Shown here: one piece after another, positions 39,375 through 47,146 of the stretch
Numbering within the stretch: the stretch's first letter is position 1
Layout: each line of letters begins with the position of its first letter
From: Verrucomicrobiia bacterium
GTDB lineage: Bacteria > Verrucomicrobiota > Verrucomicrobiia > Limisphaerales > UBA1319
Length of the DNA stretch: 64,000 nucleotides
Direction: 5' to 3'
Assembly (NCBI GenBank): GCA_963664225.1
Contig: OY760937.1
Coordinates: forward strand, 3,488,001 to 3,552,000
Made by a program: the position numbers and the translations under genes
The notes under the pieces: model-generated
The model's input: the letters and a program-made list of their open reading frames with translations, nothing else
Told to the model about the DNA's origin: nothing
The model's database searches: none

Positions 39375-40217
39375 TTATTTGGATATATTTTCAAAGTCAA
39401 CAGGAGACATGTAATTGAGTGTGCTGTGTAAACGCTGTCGATTATAGAAGGTCTCGATGTAATCAAAGATGGCCTGTCGGGCCTGGGCTCGGGTCGCAAA
39501 GACCCGGCGATAAACCAGTTCTTGTTTAAGGGTGCTCCAAAAGGATTCCATGGCCGCGTTGTCATAGCAGTTGCCACTGCGGCTCATGCTCGCCAGGGCA
39601 CCGGAGGTTTCCATCGCCCGGCGATAATCCTGACTGGCATACTGGACTCCCCGGTCTGAATGAAAGAGCAATCCGGGTTCGGGTTGCCGCTGAATGCAGG
39701 CCATGTTCCAGGCCGACAGGACCAGTTCGGTGTCAATGTGCTCGCTCATGCCCCAACCCACGATGCGGCGGCTGTAAAGGTCTTCAATGCCAGCGAGATA
39801 GAGCCAGCCTTCATCGGTGGCAATGTAGGTGATGTCCCCGACCCAAGTCTGATTGCGTTGGTCCGGTGGCGCGGCTTGAGCCAGCCGGTTGGGGGCAATG
39901 GGCTGATCATGATTGCTGTCGGTGGTTCGGACCTTGAAACGCTTTTTAGAACGCGCCTGCAGGCCTTCCTGGCGCATTAAACGGGCGATGTGGTTGCGAC
40001 CATGGCAGTGCCCCTGGTGCTTCAAGGCGATCTGGATGCGCGGGCTGCCATAGGTTTTGCGGCTGCCATTGAAAATCGTTGTGATGGTCCCTTTCAATAC
40101 GGCGTCCTGACGGGCACGCAACGAAGGCTGGATTTGCCGTCGGCACCAATCATAGTAGCCGCTAAAAGACACATCAAAGGCCTCACAGAGCAGGCGGATG
40201 GGATGATCGACTTTCAT
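39375..40217 (-). CDS. IS3 transposase OrfB, copy 2
   Basis: Near-identical to 37905-38747. Confidence 0.95.
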   Translation of the reverse strand: MKVDHPIRLLCEAFDVSFSGYYDWCRRQIQPSLRARQDAVLKGTITTIFNGSRKTYGSPRIQIALKHQGHCHGRNHIARLMRQEGLQARSKKRFKVRTTDSNHDQPIAPNRLAQAAPPDQRNQTWVGDITYIATDEGWLYLAGIEDLYSRRIVGWGMSEHIDTELVLSAWNMACIQRQPEPGLLFHSDRGVQYASQDYRRAMETSGALASMSRSGNCYDNAAMESFWSTLKQELVYRRVFATRAQARQAIFDYIETFYNRQRLHSTLNYMSPVDFENISK

Positions 40218-40567
40218 CGCTTCAACCCGTTGATAGCGTTGCTCTGGGGGTCCGAAAGAATTCCCAACGTTTTTTTTAGAATCTCCCGCTGCTGGCGCAC
40301 ATAGTCCAGTTCGCGCAACAAAGCGGCATTGTCGGCCAGCAACTGCTCACGGGTCTTTGTTTCGGCTCCTTCCCCTGTTGGCAGCGGCACATATTTTGCG
40401 CGCCAGGCATAGAGCCGCTCCATTTTTATCCCCAACTCAGCCGCCACCGTGGCTGCCGATTTCCCGCTGGATTTCCAGAGGTTCACGGCTTCCTGCTTAA
40501 ATGCAGAATCATACTTCGGATGAGTCTTGGAATCGGGAATCACAGATTGCTTCATACGGTTTTTCAT
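40214..40567 (-). CDS. IS3 transposase OrfA, copy 2
   Basis: Near-identical to 38744-39097. Confidence 0.92.
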   Translation of the reverse strand: MKNRMKQSVIPDSKTHPKYDSAFKQEAVNLWKSSGKSAATVAAELGIKMERLYAWRAKYVPLPTGEGAETKTREQLLADNAALLRELDYVRQQREILKKTLGILSDPQSNAINGLKR

Positions 40568-40773
40568 TAAGTTTCGCTCCGCTCCTGTGTCCGTCAAATC
40601 GGGGCAACCTCACAAAGATAGAAATGCAATGGAAAAGAACGCCGTGGGGAGGCGAAGCGCTGAGAGCGGAGCGCTAAGGGCGAAGGGCAGCCAGCAAAAA
40701 AGCGAACAACCAACATCGAACGTCCAACGTGCAATGGAAAAGGCAAAGGGCAAACCAGACCCGGAATCAAAGG

Positions 40774-40807
40774 TTGAAAATACGGGTCCAACGAGTATTC
40801 TAACTTC
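40774..40807 (+). promoter_or_regulatory. Putative leaderless sigma70 promoter of the DUF433/DUF5615 pair
   Basis: TTGAAA-N16-TATTCT-N6-ATG. Confidence 0.5.
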
Positions 40808-41050
40808 ATGGTAACAGTCGAACAATCGCGAATTTCAATTGATCCGAAGGTCTGTCACGGCAAGCCGGTCATTAGTGGAACGCGGGTTCTTGTCGCCAAC
40901 ATTCTGGGCGCGTTGGCCACAGGCCAGTCCAGGGAGTCGATTTTGCAGGATTACCCGTCCATCAGAGAGGCGGACATCGATGCGGCGCTGGATTTTGCCA
41001 CGCAGATGACGCGGTTTGAGTCGTTCGACTACGAACCCGTGGGCAAATGA
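40808..41050 (+). CDS. DUF433-family antitoxin
   Basis: ISIDPKVCHGKPVISGTRV...ILQDYP...DIDAALDF. Confidence 0.93.
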   Translation: MVTVEQSRISIDPKVCHGKPVISGTRVLVANILGALATGQSRESILQDYPSIREADIDAALDFATQMTRFESFDYEPVGK

Positions 41051-41415
41051 AGTTTCTTGCCGACCAGAATTTCCCCCGCACTTGCAAGGAACTGCTGGAG
41101 GAATTGGGTCATTCCCTCTGCGAACTCAGTTACGATCCCAACACGGGACTGAGCGACGATTGGCTGTTTGCGGAAGCTCAGAAGCAAAACGCCATATTCC
41201 TCACCACGGACAAGGATTTTTTCCACACCATTCCATTGCTCCATTCCACCCACGCCGGAGTTATCGTCATCACGCTGGCGCGGCCCAATCGGGATGAAAT
41301 CCTTGAGAAGTTGCGCTGGGCGCTGGTGTTCAACCAGTCCAACCCGATTGCCGATCATGTAATCCTGCTTCGCGACCATCGTGTTTTATATTCCAAGCGC
41401 ACTGGAGACTTGTAA
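41047..41415 (+). CDS. DUF5615 PIN-like toxin
   Basis: MKFLADQNFP...GH...SDD...FLTTDKDF...HAGVI; ATGA overlap with DUF433. Confidence 0.9.
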   Translation: MKFLADQNFPRTCKELLEELGHSLCELSYDPNTGLSDDWLFAEAQKQNAIFLTTDKDFFHTIPLLHSTHAGVIVITLARPNRDEILEKLRWALVFNQSNPIADHVILLRDHRVLYSKRTGDL

Positions 41416-41505
41416 ACGATTCAAGCGTGGGGCCCCGCATCCGGTGTGCTCCGATCCCATTTTGTCGGCTCTTACCGCTCAGCCCTCCGCCCTTAGCGCT
41501 TTTTG

Positions 41506-41822
41506 ACCAAGGACCAGGGACTACGGACGTTTTTTGCCGCCCCTCTCCACAATCCTCTCCCCGTTCGTGCCTCACGGGGCGAGGAAGAAAACAGCTACGC
41601 TTCATTCGGGCAAAACCGTAGATGTGTATCAGAAATAAACAAACCCCTCTCCACAATCCTCTCCCCGCTCGTGCCTCACGAGGCGAGGAAGAAAAATAGG
41701 ACGGGCGGTTTTCCCGGGGTAGCTCGTGCCTCGCAACCCCGGTCTGAATGATTTAATCCCTTCGGGATAAAGAGATTGCAGTGCTCTTCCCCGACTACGG
41801 ACTAGGGACCAAGGACTTTTTT
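41506..41822. repeat. Partial and near-complete copies of the 191-bp composite repeat
   Basis: 41506-41592 and 41644-41822 match the units at 42670-43288. Confidence 0.92.
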
Positions 41823-41934
41823 TCGCTGACCTTTGACCTCTGGCCTCTGACCTCTGGCCTGCCCGGATACCCGCGATTCCGGACCAAGCCCATGCGGTGA
41901 CAGGCATGCGTCGAACTGGTTTTGGTGGAGGTTC

Positions 41935-42258
41935 TTAGAGCTTCAACCAGCGTCCAAGCGCGGCTTTCACTTCACTCACGACGCGAGGATCAAACTTTCC
42001 AGGAGCTTTGCGGACGAATTCGGTGAATTTCACCGGTTGGATGCTCTGGACGTTGATATAGCTTTGCTCCGGCAACCACGGCACACGGGGCAGGGAGACT
42101 TCGTAAGCGGTGTCTTCAAATTGTCTGGTGATCAAAACCACGCTGGCCAGTGCCAGTCGCGCATCGGTTTGAGCCGCCAACACAAGCGCGTAACGCGGTT
42201 TGCCAACCAGGCCCAAGTCAATGAACCAAACTTCATCGGGTTGTGGGACCGTCTTCAC
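41935..42258 (-). CDS. PemK/MazF-family toxin
   Basis: DEVWFIDLG...KPRYALVL...IT...SYINVQSIQPV. Confidence 0.85.
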   Translation of the reverse strand: MKTVPQPDEVWFIDLGLVGKPRYALVLAAQTDARLALASVVLITRQFEDTAYEVSLPRVPWLPEQSYINVQSIQPVKFTEFVRKAPGKFDPRVVSEVKAALGRWLKL

Positions 42259-42260
42259 TC

Positions 42261-42479
42261 TTAGAATTCATCAGCCAGACTATTGCGGCGGGCGGCAGCG
42301 CTCAAAACCTCGTCTTCCGGGCTGTCTGCCTGGACGGGGAACGGGATTGCACGGCGCTTTATGATCTGTTTGTAGAACAACTCCAATGCCGCCCGTGGTT
42401 TCAGTCCGATCTCCTCCAAGACGGCTTCAGCCTGGCGTTTTAGTTCGGGGTCAATACGGCTCTTGGCTATTGCGCTCAT
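42261..42479 (-). CDS. RelB/DinJ-family antitoxin
   Basis: SRIDPELKRQAEAVLEEIGL...ALELFYKQII...IPF; start taken at MSAIAK. Confidence 0.88.
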   Translation of the reverse strand: MSAIAKSRIDPELKRQAEAVLEEIGLKPRAALELFYKQIIKRRAIPFPVQADSPEDEVLSAAARRNSLADEF

Positions 42480-42514
42480 GTACACAATGTGGCCCAAACG
42501 TGTCTTTCTGTCAA
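42480..42514 (-). promoter_or_regulatory. Putative leaderless sigma70 promoter of the RelB/MazF pair
   Basis: TTGACA-N17-CACATT-N6-ATG. Confidence 0.5.
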
Positions 42515-42539
42515 TCAGCCTCATGACGCCGACCTGAGG

Positions 42540-42640
42540 CCTGCGATCCCTGCCGGGATCGGGTTCAATGCTGCGCAATCACCCGGTGGTGTCGCTGCGC
42601 TCACCGACCGGCTAATGGCTGCAAACCCTCCGGGTTGGTC
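42540..42640 (-). repeat. REP-like element of the family seen at about 1330-1436 and 1812-1919
   Basis: Reverse complement has CATTAGCCGG...GACACCACCGG...GATCCCGGCAGGGATCGCAG. Confidence 0.75.
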
Positions 42641-42669
42641 AGAGCCTGCCCTCTGACTTTGCTATTCTT

Positions 42670-43288
42670 GACTACGGACTAGGGACCAGGGACTACGGAC
42701 GTTTTTTGCCGCCCCTCTCCACAATCCTCTCTCCCCGTTCGTGCCTCACGAGGCGAGGAAGAAAAATAGGACGGGCGGTTTTCCCGGGGTAGTTCGTGCC
42801 TCGCAACCCCGGTCTGAATGATTTAATCCCTTCGGGATAAAGAGATTTCAGTGTTTTTCCACGACTACGGACAAAGGACCAGGGACTACGGACGTTTTCT
42901 GCCGCCCCTCTCCACATTCCTCTCCCCGTTCGTGCCTCACGGGGCGAGGAAGAAAAATAGGACGGGCGGTTTTCCCGGGGTAGCTCGTGCCTCGCAACCC
43001 CGGTCTGAATGATTTAATCCCTTCGGGATAAGGAGATTGCAGTGCTTTTTCCCGACTACGGACTAAGGACCAAGGACTAGGGACGTTTTTTGCCGCCCCT
43101 CTCCACAATCCTCTCCCCGTTCGTGCCTCACGAGGCGAGGAAGAAAAACAGGACGGGCGGTTTTCCCGGGGTAGCTCGTGCCTCGCAACCCCGGTCTGAA
43201 TGATTTAATCCCTTCGGGATAAAGAGATTTCAGTGATTTTCCACGACTACGGACTAAGGACCAGGGACTACGGACGTATTTTGCCATA
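42670..43288. repeat. Three tandem 191-193-bp composite repeats plus a terminal heptamer module
   Basis: Units start at 42670, 42863, 43054, 43245; each has GGACYAV heptamers and three hairpins. Confidence 0.95.
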
Positions 43289-43696
43289 CGCTTTTTGAGT
43301 GCGCATGACGGCCAGTCCATACAAGCTCCAAAAGCAAATTGCGCCCAGGCTGTTGGCAATGATGTCACCGAATTCGAACGAGCGATGGTAGTTGACCATG
43401 ACGCCCTGGATGACCTCCATCAGGATGCCGTAACCGATGGCTCCGACCAGAATGAGGCGATACCCGGGTTTGAATGACCAATGTGCGGAGGCGGTCCAGC
43501 GCGCGATGGCCACCAGTCCGCCGTAGAGCAGGAAGTGAAAGAGTTTGTCGAGGTGGGGAAATGGCAGAAGCCGATACAGGCCTGTAAAAACCCTGGCAGG
43601 AGCCAGTGAAGCCCAGGTGACCAGGACCATGTACGCGATGAGGACCGCCCAGCGGAGCGGCGGTGAAACGGGGAAGGAACGGATTATCCACCGCAT
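43268..43696 (-). CDS. VanZ-family membrane protein
   Basis: DKLFHFLLYG, GILMEVIQ, RSFEFGDIIANSLG. Confidence 0.9.
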   Translation of the reverse strand: MRWIIRSFPVSPPLRWAVLIAYMVLVTWASLAPARVFTGLYRLLPFPHLDKLFHFLLYGGLVAIARWTASAHWSFKPGYRLILVGAIGYGILMEVIQGVMVNYHRSFEFGDIIANSLGAICFWSLYGLAVMRTQKAYGKIRP

Positions 43697-43859
43697 GGAA
43701 GTTTAAAAAACGTAAAGTGCTATGGGCGAAGCGGCAAGGGCGTTCAAAATAGAGGTCAAACGTCAGAGATCAGAGGTCAGGCGGCAAAAATCAACATCCA
43801 ATGGCAATTGGACGAAGGACAGTCAAACCAGAGATCTGAGACGTCAGATGTCAGAGATG

Positions 43860-45026
43860 TTACGCCACACACACCCGGCCGACATATTCTTTGACCTTGG
43901 ATACGATGTATTCAAGTTCCTCATTAGAGAGCGACGGGTAAACGGGCAGGGAAACGCAACCGTGCCAATGTTTCTCCGCATTCGGGAAATCGTCCGGTTT
44001 AAGTCCATAGCGCTCGCGGTAATAGGTCATCCGATGCAGTGGCTTGTAATGGACCGAGGTGCCGATCCCAGCTTCGGCCAGCAGTTCGATAAGGTGGTTT
44101 CTCAAGACCGGGGCTCCCTCTTTCAGAACGACCCAGAACAGGTGGCACGAGTGATCCGCCAGCGGTACCCCAATCAAGGGCAAATCCAGCCATTCGCAGT
44201 CCGCGAGATTCTTTAAGTAATACTCGAAACAGCGCTGGCGTTCCTGACGCATCACCTCAGCCCGTTCCAACTGTGCCAGCCCGATTGCAGCGTTAATGTC
44301 CGGCATGTTATATTTGAACCCGGGGGCCACCACGTCGTATTCCCAGGACGGCTTGTCGCTGGTGAAGCGGTTCCAAATGTCGCGATCGATGCCGTGCAAC
44401 CGCATGGTTTTGGCGCGCTTGTAGATGGACTCATCATTCGTGACCAACATGCCGCCTTCACCGGTCGTGATCGTTTTGTTGGCGTAAAAACTGAAACAGG
44501 TAACGTCACCGAAACTCCCCACCACTCGTCCATTGAGCCGGGTGGGAAAGGCGTGTGCCGCGTCCTCGATCACTTTGACGCCATGCGAACGGCAAACACT
44601 CAAAATGCCAGGCATGTCCGCCGCCTGACCTCCAAAATGGACCACCATCACGGCCTTTACCATTTGATTCTGCGCCAGCGCCTTCTCCAAAAGCTCCGGC
44701 GTCAGCAGACAACTTCCATACTCCACATCCAAAAAGATCGGATCGGCTCCCAGATACCGAATAATTTCAGCCGTGGCTGTGAACGTGAGGGTCGGGACCA
44801 ACACCTTGTCGCCAGGTCCAATGCCGATCGCTTCCAGTGCGAGGTGAAGGGCGGCCGTGCATGAATTTACAGCACAGGCATATTTTCCACCCACAGACGC
44901 GGAAAAGCGGTGCTCGAACTCGAGCGCCTTTCCGGCGGTGGTGAGCCAACCGCTGCGCAATACCTGCTGAACATAATTCAGCTCCTCACCGTCACAATCA
45001 ATTTTTGAAAAAGGAATTCGGCTCAT
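43860..45026 (-). CDS. DegT/DnrJ/EryC1/StrS-family sugar aminotransferase
   Basis: SGWLT, NSCTAALHL, IEDAAHA, FSFYANKTITTGEGG, GFKYNM. Confidence 0.95.
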   Translation of the reverse strand: MSRIPFSKIDCDGEELNYVQQVLRSGWLTTAGKALEFEHRFSASVGGKYACAVNSCTAALHLALEAIGIGPGDKVLVPTLTFTATAEIIRYLGADPIFLDVEYGSCLLTPELLEKALAQNQMVKAVMVVHFGGQAADMPGILSVCRSHGVKVIEDAAHAFPTRLNGRVVGSFGDVTCFSFYANKTITTGEGGMLVTNDESIYKRAKTMRLHGIDRDIWNRFTSDKPSWEYDVVAPGFKYNMPDINAAIGLAQLERAEVMRQERQRCFEYYLKNLADCEWLDLPLIGVPLADHSCHLFWVVLKEGAPVLRNHLIELLAEAGIGTSVHYKPLHRMTYYRERYGLKPDDFPNAEKHWHGCVSLPVYPSLSNEELEYIVSKVKEYVGRVCVA

Positions 45027-45037
45027 GGAAAATTCAA

Positions 45038-46342
45038 TCAGGAATTTGCAATAGCCTGATTATTAAAAGGGGTTTGTTTGATGGCGACATCTCTAGCCTG
45101 TGCCTCGGTTTTTATATGAATCGCATCTCGCGCTGCTTCCGCACGAGCAATGGCTTCGTCTGCCGTTGGTCCTTCCGCAATCACATGACCTACTCGCGAC
45201 AAGCTGGATGAAATCTCGGGCACAAAATCTCCGATTTTTGTGTCCAATTGAACGATCTGCACTCCGGGCATGGAACGTGCCTGCTCCACGCCCATTATGT
45301 TGGAGACTACTCCGGGTAAGGGCGTCAAATAGCGAATCGCCACCCCCTGAGGGGCATGATGAGGCTTCAGATCCGGTTCCTCGCCGAGTGCCAGGCTGAT
45401 TGCTGCCGCCACCATGTCAATTCCAGTGCTCCGCGGAACCAATTCCGTCGTGATGAAATCGCCACCGAGGCGCGCGCCAATCTCCATCAAAAACGGGCCT
45501 TCCGGCGTTAGCTTGACTTCGGCATGCGCGGCGGACCAATTGATTCCGAGTGCCTTCACACCCTTCAGCGCAGCATCCACCACCTTTTGGCGAGCATCCG
45601 AAGAAAAACGGGTCGGTTGGCTGTGGCCCGTCTCTACAAAATGGGGACTCCCAGTGGTGACCTTGTCGGTCACAGCAAGCACCTCATATCGACCGTTCCA
45701 CGACAATATTTCCACGCTAAATTCCGGGCCGTCCACAAAATGTTCCACTACAACAGAATGATCCCTGCTCTGCTCCAGAGCCTCGCGGAATGCACGAACT
45801 ACCATGCTGTCCGTAATCCCCGGTCCCAATCGGGTGATGCCGCGGCTGCCGCTGTTCCGGGAAGGCTTCATGATCACAGGCAATATAACAATCCCAACCG
45901 CATTGAGAGCTCCATCAAGAGTTACAGCTTCAACCGACTGCGGGCTGGGTGCACTGCCTGCTTCAAAAGCACGCCGCATCTGCACTTTATTAGTGGCGCG
46001 GGCCACGGTGGCACAGTCAGGACCAGCCAAATGCAGTGTTTCATTGATTAACCCGAGCGAGTTCATCGCAACTTCCGAGCAGATATGGATGACTCCATGC
46101 ACCTTTTCCCGGATTGCCACATCGAGGCATGCCTTGGGGTTGCTTATATCGACAACAACTGGCAGATCAGCGAGTGGAAGTCCTGGAGCCGCAGAATTGC
46201 CATCCAGCACAACTACACGCAATCCCATACGTTTCGCGGTTTTGATCGCCGGGATTTGCAGCGGGCCCGCTCCCAAGACCATTAAGGTTCGTTTCACACG
46301 TTGGCAAAAATATTGGCTATACGGGAACAACGAAGTGTCCAT
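45038..46342 (-). CDS. ATP-grasp domain protein
   Basis: LGAGPLQ, NKVQMR, MKPSRNSGSRG, EFSVE, HAEVK, EIGARLGG. Confidence 0.9.
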   Translation of the reverse strand: MDTSLFPYSQYFCQRVKRTLMVLGAGPLQIPAIKTAKRMGLRVVVLDGNSAAPGLPLADLPVVVDISNPKACLDVAIREKVHGVIHICSEVAMNSLGLINETLHLAGPDCATVARATNKVQMRRAFEAGSAPSPQSVEAVTLDGALNAVGIVILPVIMKPSRNSGSRGITRLGPGITDSMVVRAFREALEQSRDHSVVVEHFVDGPEFSVEILSWNGRYEVLAVTDKVTTGSPHFVETGHSQPTRFSSDARQKVVDAALKGVKALGINWSAAHAEVKLTPEGPFLMEIGARLGGDFITTELVPRSTGIDMVAAAISLALGEEPDLKPHHAPQGVAIRYLTPLPGVVSNIMGVEQARSMPGVQIVQLDTKIGDFVPEISSSLSRVGHVIAEGPTADEAIARAEAARDAIHIKTEAQARDVAIKQTPFNNQAIANS

Positions 46343-46456
46343 TATCGTCGCCTAAGGCCAAAAACCAAGTTTGATTAATATGGATACTTAAATTCGAAAA
46401 CCGTCGGATTTGAACAAAGCACTACTGGAGAGCAACCGAAAGAGGGAGAACTCACC

Positions 46457-47146
46457 TCAAAATTCATTTTCGGCATCCAATTCTACAAATCGGATATTGT
46501 TAAGATACCGGGCTAAAATCCGACGAGTTAATTGTGCCCCAAACACAATATAAACGGGCGTCAAAACAACAATAAGAAAGTCCAGAAGCAAGCTCTGATG
46601 CTGGACATAGGCGGCTTCCACCTCATACAGGCATTCATTCTCAAGGTGCCGTCCGCCTACAACCGCAGCCAGGCCAGTGATGCCCGGACGCACCCTCAAA
46701 CGCTCATAGGCAGTGGCGCTGTATGTTTGCTCATATTTCGGCTGGCCCGAACGTGGTCCGACAAATGACATGTCACCTCGGATGACATTGATAATCTGGG
46801 GTGTTTCATCCAAGTGTAATATCCGAAGAATTCTCCCCACCGAAGTGAGACGCGGGTCTGACTTACCCACGATCAGCTTTCCGCTGCTGCTAAGCAGCGG
46901 CTTGGCATTATGTTTCATTGAACGGAATTTCAACATTTCATATACCTTCCCGCCCCAGCCAAGGCGGCTGTCTCCATAAAAAACTGGACCCGGACTGGTT
47001 AGCTTGACCAAGGCCGCAACAAGAAGCATCGGAAATCCCAGAAGGAGGGAAAACAACACGGAGAGAACCAGATCTACTAAGCGCTTACCCGGCCAAGGAG
47101 AAACCAGAATGATTTCACGACCAAGAGGGGTTACTACAGTTTTCAT
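46457..47146 (-). CDS. Initiating phosphoglycosyl transferase (bacterial sugar transferase)
   Basis: KRLVD, SPGPVFY, KFRSM, DPRLT, LDETPQ, GDMSFVGPR, RPGITG. Confidence 0.93.
   Translation of the reverse strand: MKTVVTPLGREIILVSPWPGKRLVDLVLSVLFSLLLGFPMLLVAALVKLTSPGPVFYGDSRLGWGGKVYEMLKFRSMKHNAKPLLSSSGKLIVGKSDPRLTSVGRILRILHLDETPQIINVIRGDMSFVGPRSGQPKYEQTYSATAYERLRVRPGITGLAAVVGGRHLENECLYEVEAAYVQHQSLLLDFLIVVLTPVYIVFGAQLTRRILARYLNNIRFVELDAENEF

Larger units (their letters stand above)
39333..40612 (-). mobile_element. IS3-family element, copy 2 (1280 bp, 4-bp TSD CAAA)
   Basis: Same IRs with small changes; CAAA at 39329-39332 and 40613-40616. Confidence 0.95.

Noticed and set aside
37863..40612. 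Composite transposon or tandem IS duplication
   Set aside because: Each copy has its own TSD and the outer flanks (GTCA, CAAA) differ.
41330..43368. CRISPR array or repeated small proteins (MWRG… ORFs)
   Set aside because: Units are near-identical along their whole length and the frames differ between copies.
35400..43700. Classical integron
   Set aside because: No IntI and no convincing RYYYAAC…GTTRRRY attC sites seen by eye; needs a formal scan.
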